A DNA stretch of 64,000 nucleotides from the NCBI GenBank assembly GCA_963765495.1, contig CAVXWP010000017.1, forward strand, positions 1-64,000, written 5' to 3'. A program made the position numbers and the translations under genes. This stretch comes from Blastocatellia bacterium (GTDB taxonomy: Bacteria; Acidobacteriota; Blastocatellia; UBA7656). This document shows positions 37,250-48,074 of the stretch, piece by piece (the first letter of the stretch is position 1; each line of letters starts with the position of its first letter). The notes beneath the pieces were generated by a model, which ran no database searches, was not told the DNA's origin, and saw nothing but the letters and a program-made list of their open reading frames with translations.

Positions 37250-40200
37250 CTAGGGCTTCGTACCGTTCAATCTCCTCTCAGGCGGATGAATGGTAACACC
37301 GGGGCGCATCCTGAGCGATTGCAAACGGACGGCGGCAGAGGCTGATCCTATGTCGCTGGAAATAGCCGTTGTGCTTCCTTCCCCGTCGAATACAGTTACC
37401 TGAACTCGTTGAACTTCGGGGTGAGAGTTTGCGCCGGTAAATCTCTGTTCAACCGTGAAGCTCTGTCCTCTGACAAGATTTAGCGGATCAAGTGAAGAAG
37501 CGAGATTCACCTCTATAGGCCCGCCCACCGCACGACCCGTCCCGTCGAGGAACTGATAAACAGCGCGGCTGACGTTAAGGTTAGGATCGAATACCGAATA
37601 GCGCAAGATGAATTGGTCGCCTGACCGTGTGAGCGACAGCACGGGCAGTTGTCGCGGGTTGTCGGGATTGATAAAGACTGCCTTCGCGCGCACGATGCCT
37701 AACAAAGATACAGCAAGCGTCTGGCTTGAGTTCACACGGAATATGATATTCGATGTTATCTCTTCGGGCACGACATCTGTAGCCTGGAGCCCCGAGTTTG
37801 TATCGGCCACGGGCGGAAACAACGGGCGGAACCGCACGCAAAATCTGACGCTCCCATTCGCCGGGACGGTGACGGGCGTCGTAGAATCAATCGGCGTCTC
37901 TGATCCATCCGGGTTTATCAGGCTGATTGCGAATATCTCGCCTTCGCTCAATTGAGTGATGGTTCCGTCCTCGACATCCGGGCCGGTCCTCATAATTGAT
38001 ACGAGCGTGAGGAGGACCGGGCTTGAGCCGGTATTTTCCACGTTAAAGAATGAGCACTTCGGCTTCTTCTTTTTCACCTTGCGGTGTGGGCGAACCGGCT
38101 TGTCGGTCCCAAACGTTACGCTGGCCTGCCCGTCGGGTATGACCACTCGCACCGTCGGCAGACCTGTTACGGTGATGGTGAATGTGCATACGGCCTGATT
38201 TCCGGCAGCGTCGGTGGCAACGCACGTAACCGTCGTCACGCCGACGGGGAAAGCCGTACCCGAAGGCGGGTTACACGTTACGATCACATTCGGGAAGTTG
38301 TCGTCGGCAATCGGAAGCGGATAATCCACGATGACGGCACTCTGCCCTCCCGCGTCTCTGACTATGTTGGCCGGGCACTCAATTGTTGGCGCTTGACTGT
38401 CGTTTACCGTCACAGTGAACGTGCATACGGAAGTATTGCCCGCCAGGTCTCTGCCCGTGCACGTCACGGTTGAAACTCCCAGAGGGAATCTCGTCCCCGA
38501 AGGCGGAATGCATACGACTGTAGCCCCGGGGCAGTTATCCGTGACGCGAGCCAGAGGATAATTGACAACCGTATCCTGCTGGCCCACCCTGATTGACGTT
38601 GTTATGTTGCCGGGACAGGTAACTTCTGGCGGCTCGGTGTCTTGCACTGTTACGGTGAATTGACACGCAGCCGTAGTCTCTCCGTCGGTAGCCGTACAGG
38701 TCACAGTGGTAGTGCCTTTTTGAAACGTCGAGCCGGAAGGCGGAACGCACACCGCAGGGCCGCCGCCCGTTACGACCGGCGCAGGATAGGTCACAACTGC
38801 CGAACATTGACCCGGATCATTCGCCCTGACGATATTGGCCGGACAGGAGATGGTCACCCCGCCTCCGCCCTGTACCGTTATCGTGAATGTGCAGTTGGCG
38901 CTGTTACCCGATCCATCCATCGCCGTACAGGTGACCGTGGTCGTGCCTACGGGGAAGCTCGACCCCGAAGGCGGCACGCAGGTGACACCCGGTAAGCCCG
39001 AAGGAGAAGGCTGCATGCTAAAACAGTTATCCGTGACTGTCGGATCGGGGTAATTCACGACTGCCGAACCCTGCCCCGGGTCGCTCTGCACGACTATATC
39101 GCTCGGGCAGGTGATGACAGGCGGCTCGGCGTCGTTTACCGATATTATGAAGCTGCAACTCGGCCCCGCGTCGGTCGTGCAGGTTACTGTAGTTACCCCT
39201 ACGGAGAAAACCGACCCCGAAGGCGGATCACAGACAACCGTACCGCACGTAATGTCCGCTGTGGGTGGCGGATAGGTGACTACGGCAGAGCACTGGCCCG
39301 GATCGTTTGGCACCGTGAAGCCATTCGGACAGGTGATAGTGCAGGTCGCGGGAGTTACCTCGACGCAGGCGGAGAACTCTGACGTGTTGTTTGTGGGGTC
39401 GGTAGCCGTGGCCGTGACAAAGTCCCCCGTTTGAACCGTTACGGGGAAAGAGGCGTTGATCTGAGCATTCCCGCCGCTGTCGGTCGTCACAGTGATCATG
39501 CCGATTGGATTTTCGCCTTCGCCGTTTCCCGAACTGTCACAGTTGCCGTTTGAAAAGAATTCTATTATGTAATCCGCGCCTGGCGCGCTGTCGAGCGTTC
39601 CCTGAATAGTAATTGTGCCGCTGCCCGATTCAGCCAGGGTCAGGACGGGGAAATTTTGCAGGTTGTTTGGCCCCGTGTCGCTGTCCCCCGGATCGTTGGA
39701 TGTCACCCCGTCGCCTTGAAGGTCTATTCCCAGCCCGTCATTTGAAAAGATCTGGTTGCTGATCACCCGGTTGCCGGTCGCGGTGTTGCCTTCGATAACG
39801 ATCCCGACCACGTTGTTTGCGATCAGATTGGTTGGGCCGCCGGGAATGACCTGGGGAGCGAATCCACCTTCGGGCTCCGGCGCGGGCGGCTCGCCTATCG
39901 CATTGTCGGGCGCGTCTAATATGCGTACTCCCGCGTTTGTATTGCCAAGCGGGTCGGTACCATTAGAGGCAACCCCTATGAGGTTCCCCTGTACGAAATT
40001 TCGCGTCGTGGCCGCGCCGTTTATCTCGACTCCGTCTCCGGGCGTGTCAGGAAATTTGTCGAGACCGTTACCCGATATGACGTTTCCGGCATTGGCAAAC
40101 ATGCCTCCGATTTGGTTGTCGCTAGCGCCGTTCAGAATCCCCACTCCATCATGGAAGTTGGGAAGCGACGCCGTGCCGCTTGCGTCCGTGCCTATCAGGT

Positions 40201-42412
40201 TGCCCTGAACGATATTCACATCCGACCCCGCGCCGGTAATCGTTATGCCGTTCCCGAAAGCCCCCGAGATCAGATTTCCCTGGCCTGCACCCTGCCCGCC
40301 TATGGTCCCGGCCCCGGAGCCGGATTCGATGCTGATGCCGCTCCCATCACTCCCTAAATGATTCTGGCCGCTGATGTCAGTTCCAATAAAATTGCCCTGA
40401 ACAAAATTCCCGCTCGAAAAAGCGTTCGAGAGAGTTATGCCGTTCCCGAAGGCCCCCGAGATCAGGTTCCTCGCCTGAACCGTCGCTCCACCAATCATGT
40501 TGCTCGCGCTGTTATTGGTAAAGATATCGCTTCCAGAGTTGTTTATGCTTGTCGTGCCCGTCCTGTCGGTCCCAAGGAAATTGCCTTCGACGATGTTGCC
40601 GTCATTTGTGACCATCTCAATAGCGTTTCCAGGTATGCTATTGATTACAAAGCCCCGCAAGGTGCAGCCGCCGGAGCTGATCATAAACCCACTTGTAGGT
40701 GGCTGCATTCCGTTCCCAATCTGGCTCCCTCCTCCGGCTGTAATCTCCACAATCGGAGTGCCTGAAAAGGCCGGTTCCGTAGTGCCGTCAAGCACGACGG
40801 GGTCTGTTATCGCGGGAAGGTCTGTGTCTAAAAAGACCGTAGGCATAGACTCCATAGTTACAAATTCGATTGTGTCCAGCCCCGGATTCATATTGGCGTC
40901 AAGGATGGCCTGTCTGAGCGTGCCGGGGCCGCCACCCTCCGTACTGGTCACCTGAAACACCTGAGACGGAGCGGTGAGACTCACAGTAGGAGCTACCTGT
41001 CCGCGCCTGAGAACCACAAGATCGTTGAGCGCGTCCGTGTTCAATCGCATAGGCAGGACGGCTACGGGGTCGCCTTCGACTTCGAGCGATACAAAATCCG
41101 ATTTATCTCGACGGGGGGCGGAATCTTTCATCGCGATATGGATTTGATGGTTATCCGGGTCAAGCACCAGGAGGTCTTCACCGGGCAGGCTCGATGAGCG
41201 AGCGCAAACAAGCGCCGAAGCTTCTGGCCATCGGGCTTTGCCAAGCGTTTCAGCCTTCCAGCTTTTTATTCCTTTATTCTTTTTCTTCTGCCCGGCTTTA
41301 GCCTTTCCCCGGTTGAGCAATTTGATCGTTCCGTCTTCCAGGAGCAGGGCAACACCCGGGTTGTGATCGCCATGAAAATCGCCCATGACGAGCGACTTGA
41401 TCGAGTAAGCAAACGAGCGCCTGCCGATAATGGGTTGAGTCGTTTCGGGTCTCTTCACACCACTCCGCGATATATCGCGAGCGCGCCCCTCGATAACCAG
41501 CAATTGATCTTTCGCCCCAACCGCGAGGTCTATCATGCGGTCGTCATCCATCTGCCCGAGCGCAAACGCATCCGCCTCAGCGGGCAGGGCGATCTTTTCA
41601 GGCGTGGATCTGAGCGCGCCTCTTGCGCCTTGAAATATCAGGGCCTTCGGCCCTTCGGCGCTCGCGATGCCGACTATGATGTCTGCAAGCCCGTCGGCTC
41701 GATTGATCTCTCCTGAAACGAGCGCCGTCACTCTGCCGCCGAGCGCGAACCGCTTCGTCGCGCTCAGGCTTCCCTTCCCGTCTCCCGGCATAAAATAGAG
41801 CGCATCGCCGCCACGCGCGGCAGCCACGATGTCTTTGTGACCGTCGCCATCGAAATCGCCTGCGGCCAGGAAATCTGCCGACACGGGCAATTCGAAGGAA
41901 TCCGCAAGCGAAAGAAACGGCGAGTTTGTGAACTGTCCGGCTGCCTTGCGGGTGCGCGCTTCGGGACTGTTGGGATAGATGGCATCCACGTTGCCGCGTT
42001 GGAGTGTGAGGATGCCGCCCGACGAACCGGCGTAGCCGCTTATCAAATCCTGTGTGCCGTCTTCATCGAAATCCGATGCGGCAAGCGCGAGCCCCTGAGC
42101 CTGATTTTGCTCAAGACTTTGCCGCAACCCATCCGGTCCCCGGTAAGTTGTAGACAGATCATGTCCGTCAGCGAGCGTGATTTGAGGGCGGCCTGCCGTG
42201 TGCAGCGTTATCTGTTCGCTCAACCCGGCACCCATTGCGTTTGTGCCTCGATTATTTGCTGAAACCCGAGTCCTGACTGACAGGTGTGGACTAATCAACC
42301 CGAGGCCCGGCGCAAGCAGGAGCGAGAGGGCCGCGATTGACAACATCAGCTTTCGGATTTGTGATAACGAGAGTCGAACAGATCGCGCAGGACGAGGCGC
42401 GGAAGAGATCAT
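37250..42412 (-). CDS. Large surface protein with FG-GAP repeats, beta-helix repeats and multiple HYR domains
   Basis: DFDEDGTQDL/DFDGDGHKDI, GNFIGTD repeats, five PPSGSxFPVGxTTVTCT-type repeats. Confidence 0.85.
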   Translation of the reverse strand: MISSAPRPARSVRLSLSQIRKLMLSIAALSLLLAPGLGLISPHLSVRTRVSANNRGTNAMGAGLSEQITLHTAGRPQITLADGHDLSTTYRGPDGLRQSLEQNQAQGLALAASDFDEDGTQDLISGYAGSSGGILTLQRGNVDAIYPNSPEARTRKAAGQFTNSPFLSLADSFELPVSADFLAAGDFDGDGHKDIVAAARGGDALYFMPGDGKGSLSATKRFALGGRVTALVSGEINRADGLADIIVGIASAEGPKALIFQGARGALRSTPEKIALPAEADAFALGQMDDDRMIDLAVGAKDQLLVIEGRARDISRSGVKRPETTQPIIGRRSFAYSIKSLVMGDFHGDHNPGVALLLEDGTIKLLNRGKAKAGQKKKNKGIKSWKAETLGKARWPEASALVCARSSSLPGEDLLVLDPDNHQIHIAMKDSAPRRDKSDFVSLEVEGDPVAVLPMRLNTDALNDLVVLRRGQVAPTVSLTAPSQVFQVTSTEGGGPGTLRQAILDANMNPGLDTIEFVTMESMPTVFLDTDLPAITDPVVLDGTTEPAFSGTPIVEITAGGGSQIGNGMQPPTSGFMISSGGCTLRGFVINSIPGNAIEMVTNDGNIVEGNFLGTDRTGTTSINNSGSDIFTNNSASNMIGGATVQARNLISGAFGNGITLSNAFSSGNFVQGNFIGTDISGQNHLGSDGSGISIESGSGAGTIGGQGAGQGNLISGAFGNGITITGAGSDVNIVQGNLIGTDASGTASLPNFHDGVGILNGASDNQIGGMFANAGNVISGNGLDKFPDTPGDGVEINGAATTRNFVQGNLIGVASNGTDPLGNTNAGVRILDAPDNAIGEPPAPEPEGGFAPQVIPGGPTNLIANNVVGIVIEGNTATGNRVISNQIFSNDGLGIDLQGDGVTSNDPGDSDTGPNNLQNFPVLTLAESGSGTITIQGTLDSAPGADYIIEFFSNGNCDSSGNGEGENPIGMITVTTDSGGNAQINASFPVTVQTGDFVTATATDPTNNTSEFSACVEVTPATCTITCPNGFTVPNDPGQCSAVVTYPPPTADITCGTVVCDPPSGSVFSVGVTTVTCTTDAGPSCSFIISVNDAEPPVITCPSDIVVQSDPGQGSAVVNYPDPTVTDNCFSMQPSPSGLPGVTCVPPSGSSFPVGTTTVTCTAMDGSGNSANCTFTITVQGGGGVTISCPANIVRANDPGQCSAVVTYPAPVVTGGGPAVCVPPSGSTFQKGTTTVTCTATDGETTAACQFTVTVQDTEPPEVTCPGNITTSIRVGQQDTVVNYPLARVTDNCPGATVVCIPPSGTRFPLGVSTVTCTGRDLAGNTSVCTFTVTVNDSQAPTIECPANIVRDAGGQSAVIVDYPLPIADDNFPNVIVTCNPPSGTAFPVGVTTVTCVATDAAGNQAVCTFTITVTGLPTVRVVIPDGQASVTFGTDKPVRPHRKVKKKKPKCSFFNVENTGSSPVLLTLVSIMRTGPDVEDGTITQLSEGEIFAISLINPDGSETPIDSTTPVTVPANGSVRFCVRFRPLFPPVADTNSGLQATDVVPEEITSNIIFRVNSSQTLAVSLLGIVRAKAVFINPDNPRQLPVLSLTRSGDQFILRYSVFDPNLNVSRAVYQFLDGTGRAVGGPIEVNLASSLDPLNLVRGQSFTVEQRFTGANSHPEVQRVQVTVFDGEGSTTAISSDIGSASAAVRLQSLRMRPGVTIHPPERRLNGTKP

Positions 42413-42730
42413 TATTTATTCCTCCTGGGCGAAGCCCGTGTTGCAGCTGACTGATTTATACATTTCCCTTATTGGTTCGATCCACTACGTATCAGAGGCC
42501 CAAGAAAAGCCCTAAAAAGGCAATAACATGTAATCAAGCCCCGGCAAGATGGATTCGTACGCAAGTAAAGAGCATCGGACACACAAGTTGCTTTCGGCAC
42601 TGAAGCTCGGATCAAATTATCAGAGTTTCTTTGAAGGTATTACCGCCCGAAGAATCCTTCCAACCAGCGGCTATCTTAAAGGCTCATAAAATCACAGGTC
42701 AAGCAGAAATGGTTTCATGCAAGAGAGATA

Positions 42731-42839
42731 CGTGATGCGTTCACGTGATGCGTGATGCGTGATGCGTGACTTTCAGACACATGGTTGTTATCAAGTAAGC
42801 GCGTATTTCACGAATCACGGATCACGATTCACGATTCAC
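42731..42839. repeat. MITE-like element with CGTGATG/CGTGATT heptamer inverted ends
   Basis: Tandem heptamers, a core, then inverted heptamers; core start resembles 56989-57101. Confidence 0.75.
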
Positions 42840-43669
42840 ACGTATGAGCCGCCCGTTACAAGCAGTATGTGACCCGTCACGTAATCGGCAAGCGGCGAAG
42901 CCAGAAACAGCACCGGCCCGGCCGCTTCATCCGGGGTTCCCGCTCTGCCCAGGGGGATAAAGTTTACAGCCATCTGCCGCATCGATTCGGGGATGCCGAG
43001 TTCGACCTCTTTGCCTTCTCTTTCGATCTTTTCCTGCTTCTCTTTGGCCTGAGTCAACCGGGTCTCTATGAAACCATAGGCGACCGCGTTTACGTTGATG
43101 TTGAATCGCCCCCACTCTTTGGCCATCGTCTTTGTGACGCCTACGATGCCCATCTTGCCCGCCGAATAATTCACCTGCCCCGCGTTACCGGCTACGCCCG
43201 ATGTGGACGAAACATTGATTATCTTTCGATGCACAGGGCGGCCTTCGGCTATCTCTTTTTTGGCCGCGTCGCGCATGTAAGGAGTGGCCGCTCGGATGAT
43301 GCGAAACGGCGCGGTCAGGTGGACTTCGATCATCGCACTCCATTGTTCGTCGGTCATATTTTGAATGACCGCATCCCACGTGTACCCCGCGTTGTTGACT
43401 ATAATGTCCAGACCGCCAAAGCTTTCGACAGCGGTCTTGACCAGCCTGTCTGCGAACTCGGCATCCGTGACGCTGCCCGAACAGACTACGGCATTGCCGC
43501 CCGCTTCGATTATCTCTTTGGACGTAGCCTCGGCCACGTCTCCGTCAATGTCATTGATGACTACGCTCGCGCCGTGGTCGGAAAAGAGTTTGGCGATGCT
43601 GCGCCCGATGCCGCGACCCGACCCCGTGATGATGGCTGACTTGTCTGTAAGAAGCCTGTAATCTGACAT
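42836..43669 (-). CDS. SDR-family oxidoreductase (3-oxoacyl-ACP reductase-like)
   Basis: TGSGRGIG, NNAG, YSAGK. Confidence 0.95.
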   Translation of the reverse strand: MSDYRLLTDKSAIITGSGRGIGRSIAKLFSDHGASVVINDIDGDVAEATSKEIIEAGGNAVVCSGSVTDAEFADRLVKTAVESFGGLDIIVNNAGYTWDAVIQNMTDEQWSAMIEVHLTAPFRIIRAATPYMRDAAKKEIAEGRPVHRKIINVSSTSGVAGNAGQVNYSAGKMGIVGVTKTMAKEWGRFNINVNAVAYGFIETRLTQAKEKQEKIEREGKEVELGIPESMRQMAVNFIPLGRAGTPDEAAGPVLFLASPLADYVTGHILLVTGGSYV

Positions 43670-43715
43670 AAGAAAATCCTTTCGATGTTATGAAACCTCT
43701 TCGGGGCAACCCCCT

Positions 43716-44150
43716 TCAGGGCACGCACACGACCGGAATGCGAGCGCCGCGAAGCACCTTGTCGGCCGTGCCTCCGAAGAGTATCTCTTCGAGCGGGCTG
43801 CTCCCGCCTCGAATCCCCATCACTATCAGGCTGAAGTCCAGGTCTTTTGCCACTTTCAGGATTTCAACAAAGGGGATGCCGATGACGACCATCTTATTGA
43901 GTTTTGTCGCCGCCGATTGATTATCCGCGATAATGGAATCGAGATTTTCATTGGCCCTGGCCCGCATGCTCTCTATCGCATCGTCTTTATCGCCAAGCCC
44001 GAGTTCATCAAATTTATCTGCCAGTTCTTTATCTATGACATTGAGCAAATAAATCTCTCCGTCGGGCGCAACAAGAGACATGGCCATTTCCACCGCCTTC
44101 AGCGAACAGTCGGAAAAGTCCGTAGGAACTAAGATATCATTGATCTCCAT
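43716..44150 (-). CDS. Universal stress protein
   Basis: ILVPTDFS...IVMGIRG...FGGTADKVLR..PVVCV. Confidence 0.9.
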   Translation of the reverse strand: MEINDILVPTDFSDCSLKAVEMAMSLVAPDGEIYLLNVIDKELADKFDELGLGDKDDAIESMRARANENLDSIIADNQSAATKLNKMVVIGIPFVEILKVAKDLDFSLIVMGIRGGSSPLEEILFGGTADKVLRGARIPVVCVP

Positions 44151-44251
44151 TATGCCCTCCCATCAAAAACCTTTTATGGCCGAATGATACACGACCAACT
44201 CTCTGTGTGCCAACGAGGTAAAAATGAATTTGAATTAGGGACAGGCGGTAA

Positions 44252-44371
44252 TGATGCGTTCACGTGACGCGTCACGCGTGATGCGTGAGTCGTGATTCGT
44301 GATTATCGAGTGCTCGGCGCTCACAATGCTTTTGCTGTCCTCATAATCACGAATCACGACTCACGCATCAG
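44252..44371. repeat. MITE-like heptamer-ended element
   Basis: Core is the reverse-complement homolog of the cores at 45664-45772 and 49994-50119. Confidence 0.8.
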
Positions 44372-44386
44372 CTATACTCTCATCGC

Positions 44387-45649
44387 TCAACTGCGGATAA
44401 AACCTCGGAAGGTTGATTCTGTAGGATTGAAACCCGGGAAGATACTTTGCAGATTTCCCGTTCGCATGTGCCGCGAGGCCACCTCCGCAAACACATCGCG
44501 GAAATCTGTTGTAAGCGCCAGATCGCGCCCTTCGTAAAGCTGGCCGGTAGAAAGACCGGGCCATTTCCCATAAACCTTGCCGCCCTTGACCGACCCTCCG
44601 AGCGCGAACAGGCAACTCGCGTGGCCGTGGTCGGTCCCGCCCGATCCATTCTGCCGGATTGTGCGTCCAAACTCCGTCATGGTCAGTATCACGACGTTGT
44701 TCATTCGGTCGCCTAGATCGCGGTAGAGCGCCGCTATCGCCTGAGAGAAATCCTGTAAGCGATTGGCAAGCTGCCCCCGAGAATTTCCCTGATTGGCGTG
44801 CGTATCCCACCCGCTCACATCGGTAAAGGCTATTTCGAGCCCGATGTCGGATTTGATCAACTGCGATATTTGCAGCAACGACTGGCCAAAGGGAGAGCGC
44901 GGATAATTCGCCCCGTTTGCCGGGCGATATTGCTGGGGGTTTGCTTGCTTGAGCATCTTTACAGCCTCAAAGGCTTCCTTGCCTGTGCCCTGAAGCATAT
45001 CGCCTGCGCCTTGCGCGTAAAGGGCTTCGAAACTCGCCGCGACCTGATTATTGCCGCCGGCCTGAACGCCGAAATCGCGTATGTTGGTCATAGCCACGGC
45101 CGAGGCAGCGCCCATCAAACTGCGCGGCATGTTGGCCGTCAACGACACGGCGCGGAAAGGTGAGGGCCTGGCCTCGGTCTTTGCCGTCATCAGGCGGTTG
45201 AGCCAGCCTGATGATGTCGCCTTGTTGCCGGGGGTGCTCGATTCCATGTAATCCTGCGCATCGAAGTGCGAGCGCGTATTGTCGGGCGAGCCGACCGCGT
45301 GGACTACGGCCAGATGCCCCTCGTCATAGATAGGCTTGAAAGAGGCGAGCGACGGATGCAATCCGAAAAACCCATCGAGGTCAATCGCCGAATCCGCGTT
45401 GCCGCTCTTCGGCTCAGGGATCGCGATATTGGGCCGCGCTCCGCGATAGCCGCTGTCGCCGAATGGAACTACCATCGAAACGCCGTCAGCCGCTCCGCGC
45501 TGGAATATGGCTATTATGATGGGGCTGTCTTTGCCCGCTTTCCCAAGCTTCTGAGCCAGCGCCGTCCGCGTCAGGAAAGAAGGGGCTGCGGCAAAACTCG
45601 CCAGCGCCAGCCCACCTGATTTGAGAAAATATCTTCGTGTTACTGCCAT
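44387..45649 (-). CDS. DUF1501 domain protein (Tat signal)
   Basis: TRRYFLK, FQRGAADG, RSHFDAQD, GWDTH, TEFGRT, GTDHG. Confidence 0.9.
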   Translation of the reverse strand: MAVTRRYFLKSGGLALASFAAAPSFLTRTALAQKLGKAGKDSPIIIAIFQRGAADGVSMVVPFGDSGYRGARPNIAIPEPKSGNADSAIDLDGFFGLHPSLASFKPIYDEGHLAVVHAVGSPDNTRSHFDAQDYMESSTPGNKATSSGWLNRLMTAKTEARPSPFRAVSLTANMPRSLMGAASAVAMTNIRDFGVQAGGNNQVAASFEALYAQGAGDMLQGTGKEAFEAVKMLKQANPQQYRPANGANYPRSPFGQSLLQISQLIKSDIGLEIAFTDVSGWDTHANQGNSRGQLANRLQDFSQAIAALYRDLGDRMNNVVILTMTEFGRTIRQNGSGGTDHGHASCLFALGGSVKGGKVYGKWPGLSTGQLYEGRDLALTTDFRDVFAEVASRHMRTGNLQSIFPGFNPTESTFRGFIRS

Positions 45650-45663
45650 CGTTTTTACTCCCT

Positions 45664-45772
45664 GCGTAATGCGTTCGCGTGATTCGTGATGCGTGATGCG
45701 TGATTATGAGGTTAGCAAGAGCATCGCGAACCTCGAAGACTTGATAATCACGCATCACGCATCACGAATCAC
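45664..45772. repeat. MITE-like heptamer-ended element
   Basis: (CGTGATG)n-core-(CATCACG)n. Confidence 0.8.
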
Positions 45773-45775
45773 TAA

Positions 45776-47899
45776 TTACCTTCTCTGAAATTCGGGTGAG
45801 CCGAGTACGAGGCCGAAAACCTTTGCCAGTTGCGGATCGTTTGCCGTTTGGTCGAGTCTTCTTGCCCCGGTAATGGACCAGCCGTACCGCTCATCGCGCT
45901 TTTCGGCTCGCGCCCCCGGAAAACCTTTGCCACCTTTGGCGGGCCTGCGGATAGGCGCGTCTTCCATCATCATCGTATCGCCGTCGGCGGCGTCGGCCTC
46001 TTCGCCCGTGGCAATCTTTGGCAACTCGCCCAGTTCCCCTTTCACACTCACACCCTCTTTTAATTGCCTGTCGAGTATGGCCTGCGTCTGTGAAGAGATT
46101 TCGCCGTTGAGCAGCACCGCTATGGCGCTCTGCATCACGCGGTGGTTGTCAGCCGGATCAAGGTCGGGCACAACCTTCTCCAGATCAACCGAAGTTCCCC
46201 GCACGCGGTTTGCGCTGAGCGCCAGCCCGAAATTGAGCCGTTCAAGCAGCGCGCCCGTGTTTACCCATTGCTCGGCGCGATCTGGATAGCCCGTGGGCGG
46301 CTGGTAGAGGTAAAGCGGCTGGCCCATCTTTGCGATAAACTGGCTCGTCTGCTGCACGCCGTGTGTCTCTCCGCCAAGCGCGCGAATTGCCGACACGGCA
46401 AGCTCGAACGGCGATTTGATCTTTGCCCGATAGCTTTCCGGCGCGTAGAACTCTTTCGATGTAAAGATGGTCTTGAGCATCGCGCTGATGTCGCCATCGG
46501 TCTTCAGATATACGCTCGTCACCTGATCTACAAGCGATTGCGGCGGGTTGTCGCTCACAAACCGGCGCACCAGTTTGGTAGAGATAAATTTCGCGGTGTT
46601 CGGATGATGCGCCAGTATCTCTATCACCTTTTCGCCGTCCTTCATTCCGCCCTCTGAAATCCGGTGGCCGAGCACAGTCTTTTCGCCTTCGTCGTGCATA
46701 AAGGAGCGGTAAACGAATTTGCCGCTTCGGCGCGGCGCTTCGATGCTCCAGCCGGTAAAGGCGCGAGCCACTTCCTGAACATCCTTTTGAGTGTAGCCGC
46801 CGTCTACGCCCAGCGTGTGAAGTTCCATAAGCTCGCGGGCATAGTTTTCGTTTATGCCGGGTTTTCGGTTACGGAATTGGTTTGCGATCTGCTGGCGGCG
46901 CTGCTGCTCCGGGGTCATCTGGCCCTGATCGCCCATCTGGCCGCGCTCCTCGTCGCGCTCAAGCCTGCGCTGTTGCTGCCCTGTGTTGCCCTGATTGTTC
47001 AAGTTGCCGAACCTGGGATTATTCAGCCGCTTGTTCCGCTGAAACCGGCCACGGCGGCCATTTCCACGTCTGCCGGGAAGTTGCGCGTCGGGTGAGCTTG
47101 ATTGGAAATTATCGAGATAAAAGAGCATAGCCGGGCTTTTCGCCGTGGCGAGCAGGAGGTCTTCGAACTTGCCAAGAGTGTGAGGCCGGATGGTATTCAT
47201 CTCGAAATCGGATGTCATCCACCTGTCGGCCCCCTTGCCCCAGAATATGTTGAAATGATTAAACCAGAAATCGGTCATCACCTCCTGTAACTGGCGCTCG
47301 CTGTAAGTAGCGCGGATTATCTTCTGCGCCTGAAGTTCCTGCAATAATCGCGCGGGCGGCCTCAAACCGTTCTCGGCGTAATAGGCAAATACCTTTTGGC
47401 GCATCTCACGTTTGTCCTGTTGCGTATCCGCCTGATCCCCCTGAGAAGCGCTCGCAGTCTGGTCGCCCGGCTGTTGATCTGCCTTTCCTCTCTGGCGCAG
47501 GCCGAGTTGAACCGCGACCAGTTGAGGCGCGGGATATTTCTCGTACAACTCGGTAATCCCCATATTGATGGAATCAAGCCCCTTGAGCCGTGCCTCGACA
47601 GCCGAATCATCTATCCTTTCAGGGTGCAACTGCTGTTCGATGAATTTATCCAGCCCCATTCGTTTGACTCGCTCAAGATCGCCGGGGCGCGGGCCATAGC
47701 CGATGCGGTTGAGCAGGTGCAGCGCCTTCTGGTCTTCGGTCAGCCGCGTGCCGACTGTCTTTGATTTGCTATCGGCAGATGCGGGCATGAAGCCCGCAAA
47801 GATCATCGAGGCCGCAACCGTCAAAGCAATCGCAAGCGACACGGCGCGCCTCCCGGCACCGGAAATGCTGAAAGCGATCTTCCTATTGTAGTGTTTCAT
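45776..47899 (-). CDS. DUF1800 domain protein
   Basis: FWFNHF, PAMLFYLDN, NENYARELMELHTLG, SPEFQRR. Confidence 0.9.
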   Translation of the reverse strand: MKHYNRKIAFSISGAGRRAVSLAIALTVAASMIFAGFMPASADSKSKTVGTRLTEDQKALHLLNRIGYGPRPGDLERVKRMGLDKFIEQQLHPERIDDSAVEARLKGLDSINMGITELYEKYPAPQLVAVQLGLRQRGKADQQPGDQTASASQGDQADTQQDKREMRQKVFAYYAENGLRPPARLLQELQAQKIIRATYSERQLQEVMTDFWFNHFNIFWGKGADRWMTSDFEMNTIRPHTLGKFEDLLLATAKSPAMLFYLDNFQSSSPDAQLPGRRGNGRRGRFQRNKRLNNPRFGNLNNQGNTGQQQRRLERDEERGQMGDQGQMTPEQQRRQQIANQFRNRKPGINENYARELMELHTLGVDGGYTQKDVQEVARAFTGWSIEAPRRSGKFVYRSFMHDEGEKTVLGHRISEGGMKDGEKVIEILAHHPNTAKFISTKLVRRFVSDNPPQSLVDQVTSVYLKTDGDISAMLKTIFTSKEFYAPESYRAKIKSPFELAVSAIRALGGETHGVQQTSQFIAKMGQPLYLYQPPTGYPDRAEQWVNTGALLERLNFGLALSANRVRGTSVDLEKVVPDLDPADNHRVMQSAIAVLLNGEISSQTQAILDRQLKEGVSVKGELGELPKIATGEEADAADGDTMMMEDAPIRRPAKGGKGFPGARAEKRDERYGWSITGARRLDQTANDPQLAKVFGLVLGSPEFQRR

Positions 47900-48074
47900 A
47901 TCTTGTTTCCTCGGAAAGTTCCTGACTTTTTATGCCAATAAATTACCACGACTTTGCATCGTCATCATTCAAATCTGATTTCAAATACTTAGACTGAGGC
48001 CGCCGCCGTTTGGTTTGAAAATCATCCGGTTTGAAATTATCGGGCTACTCTGAGCCGGGGTGGAATCTCAAATT

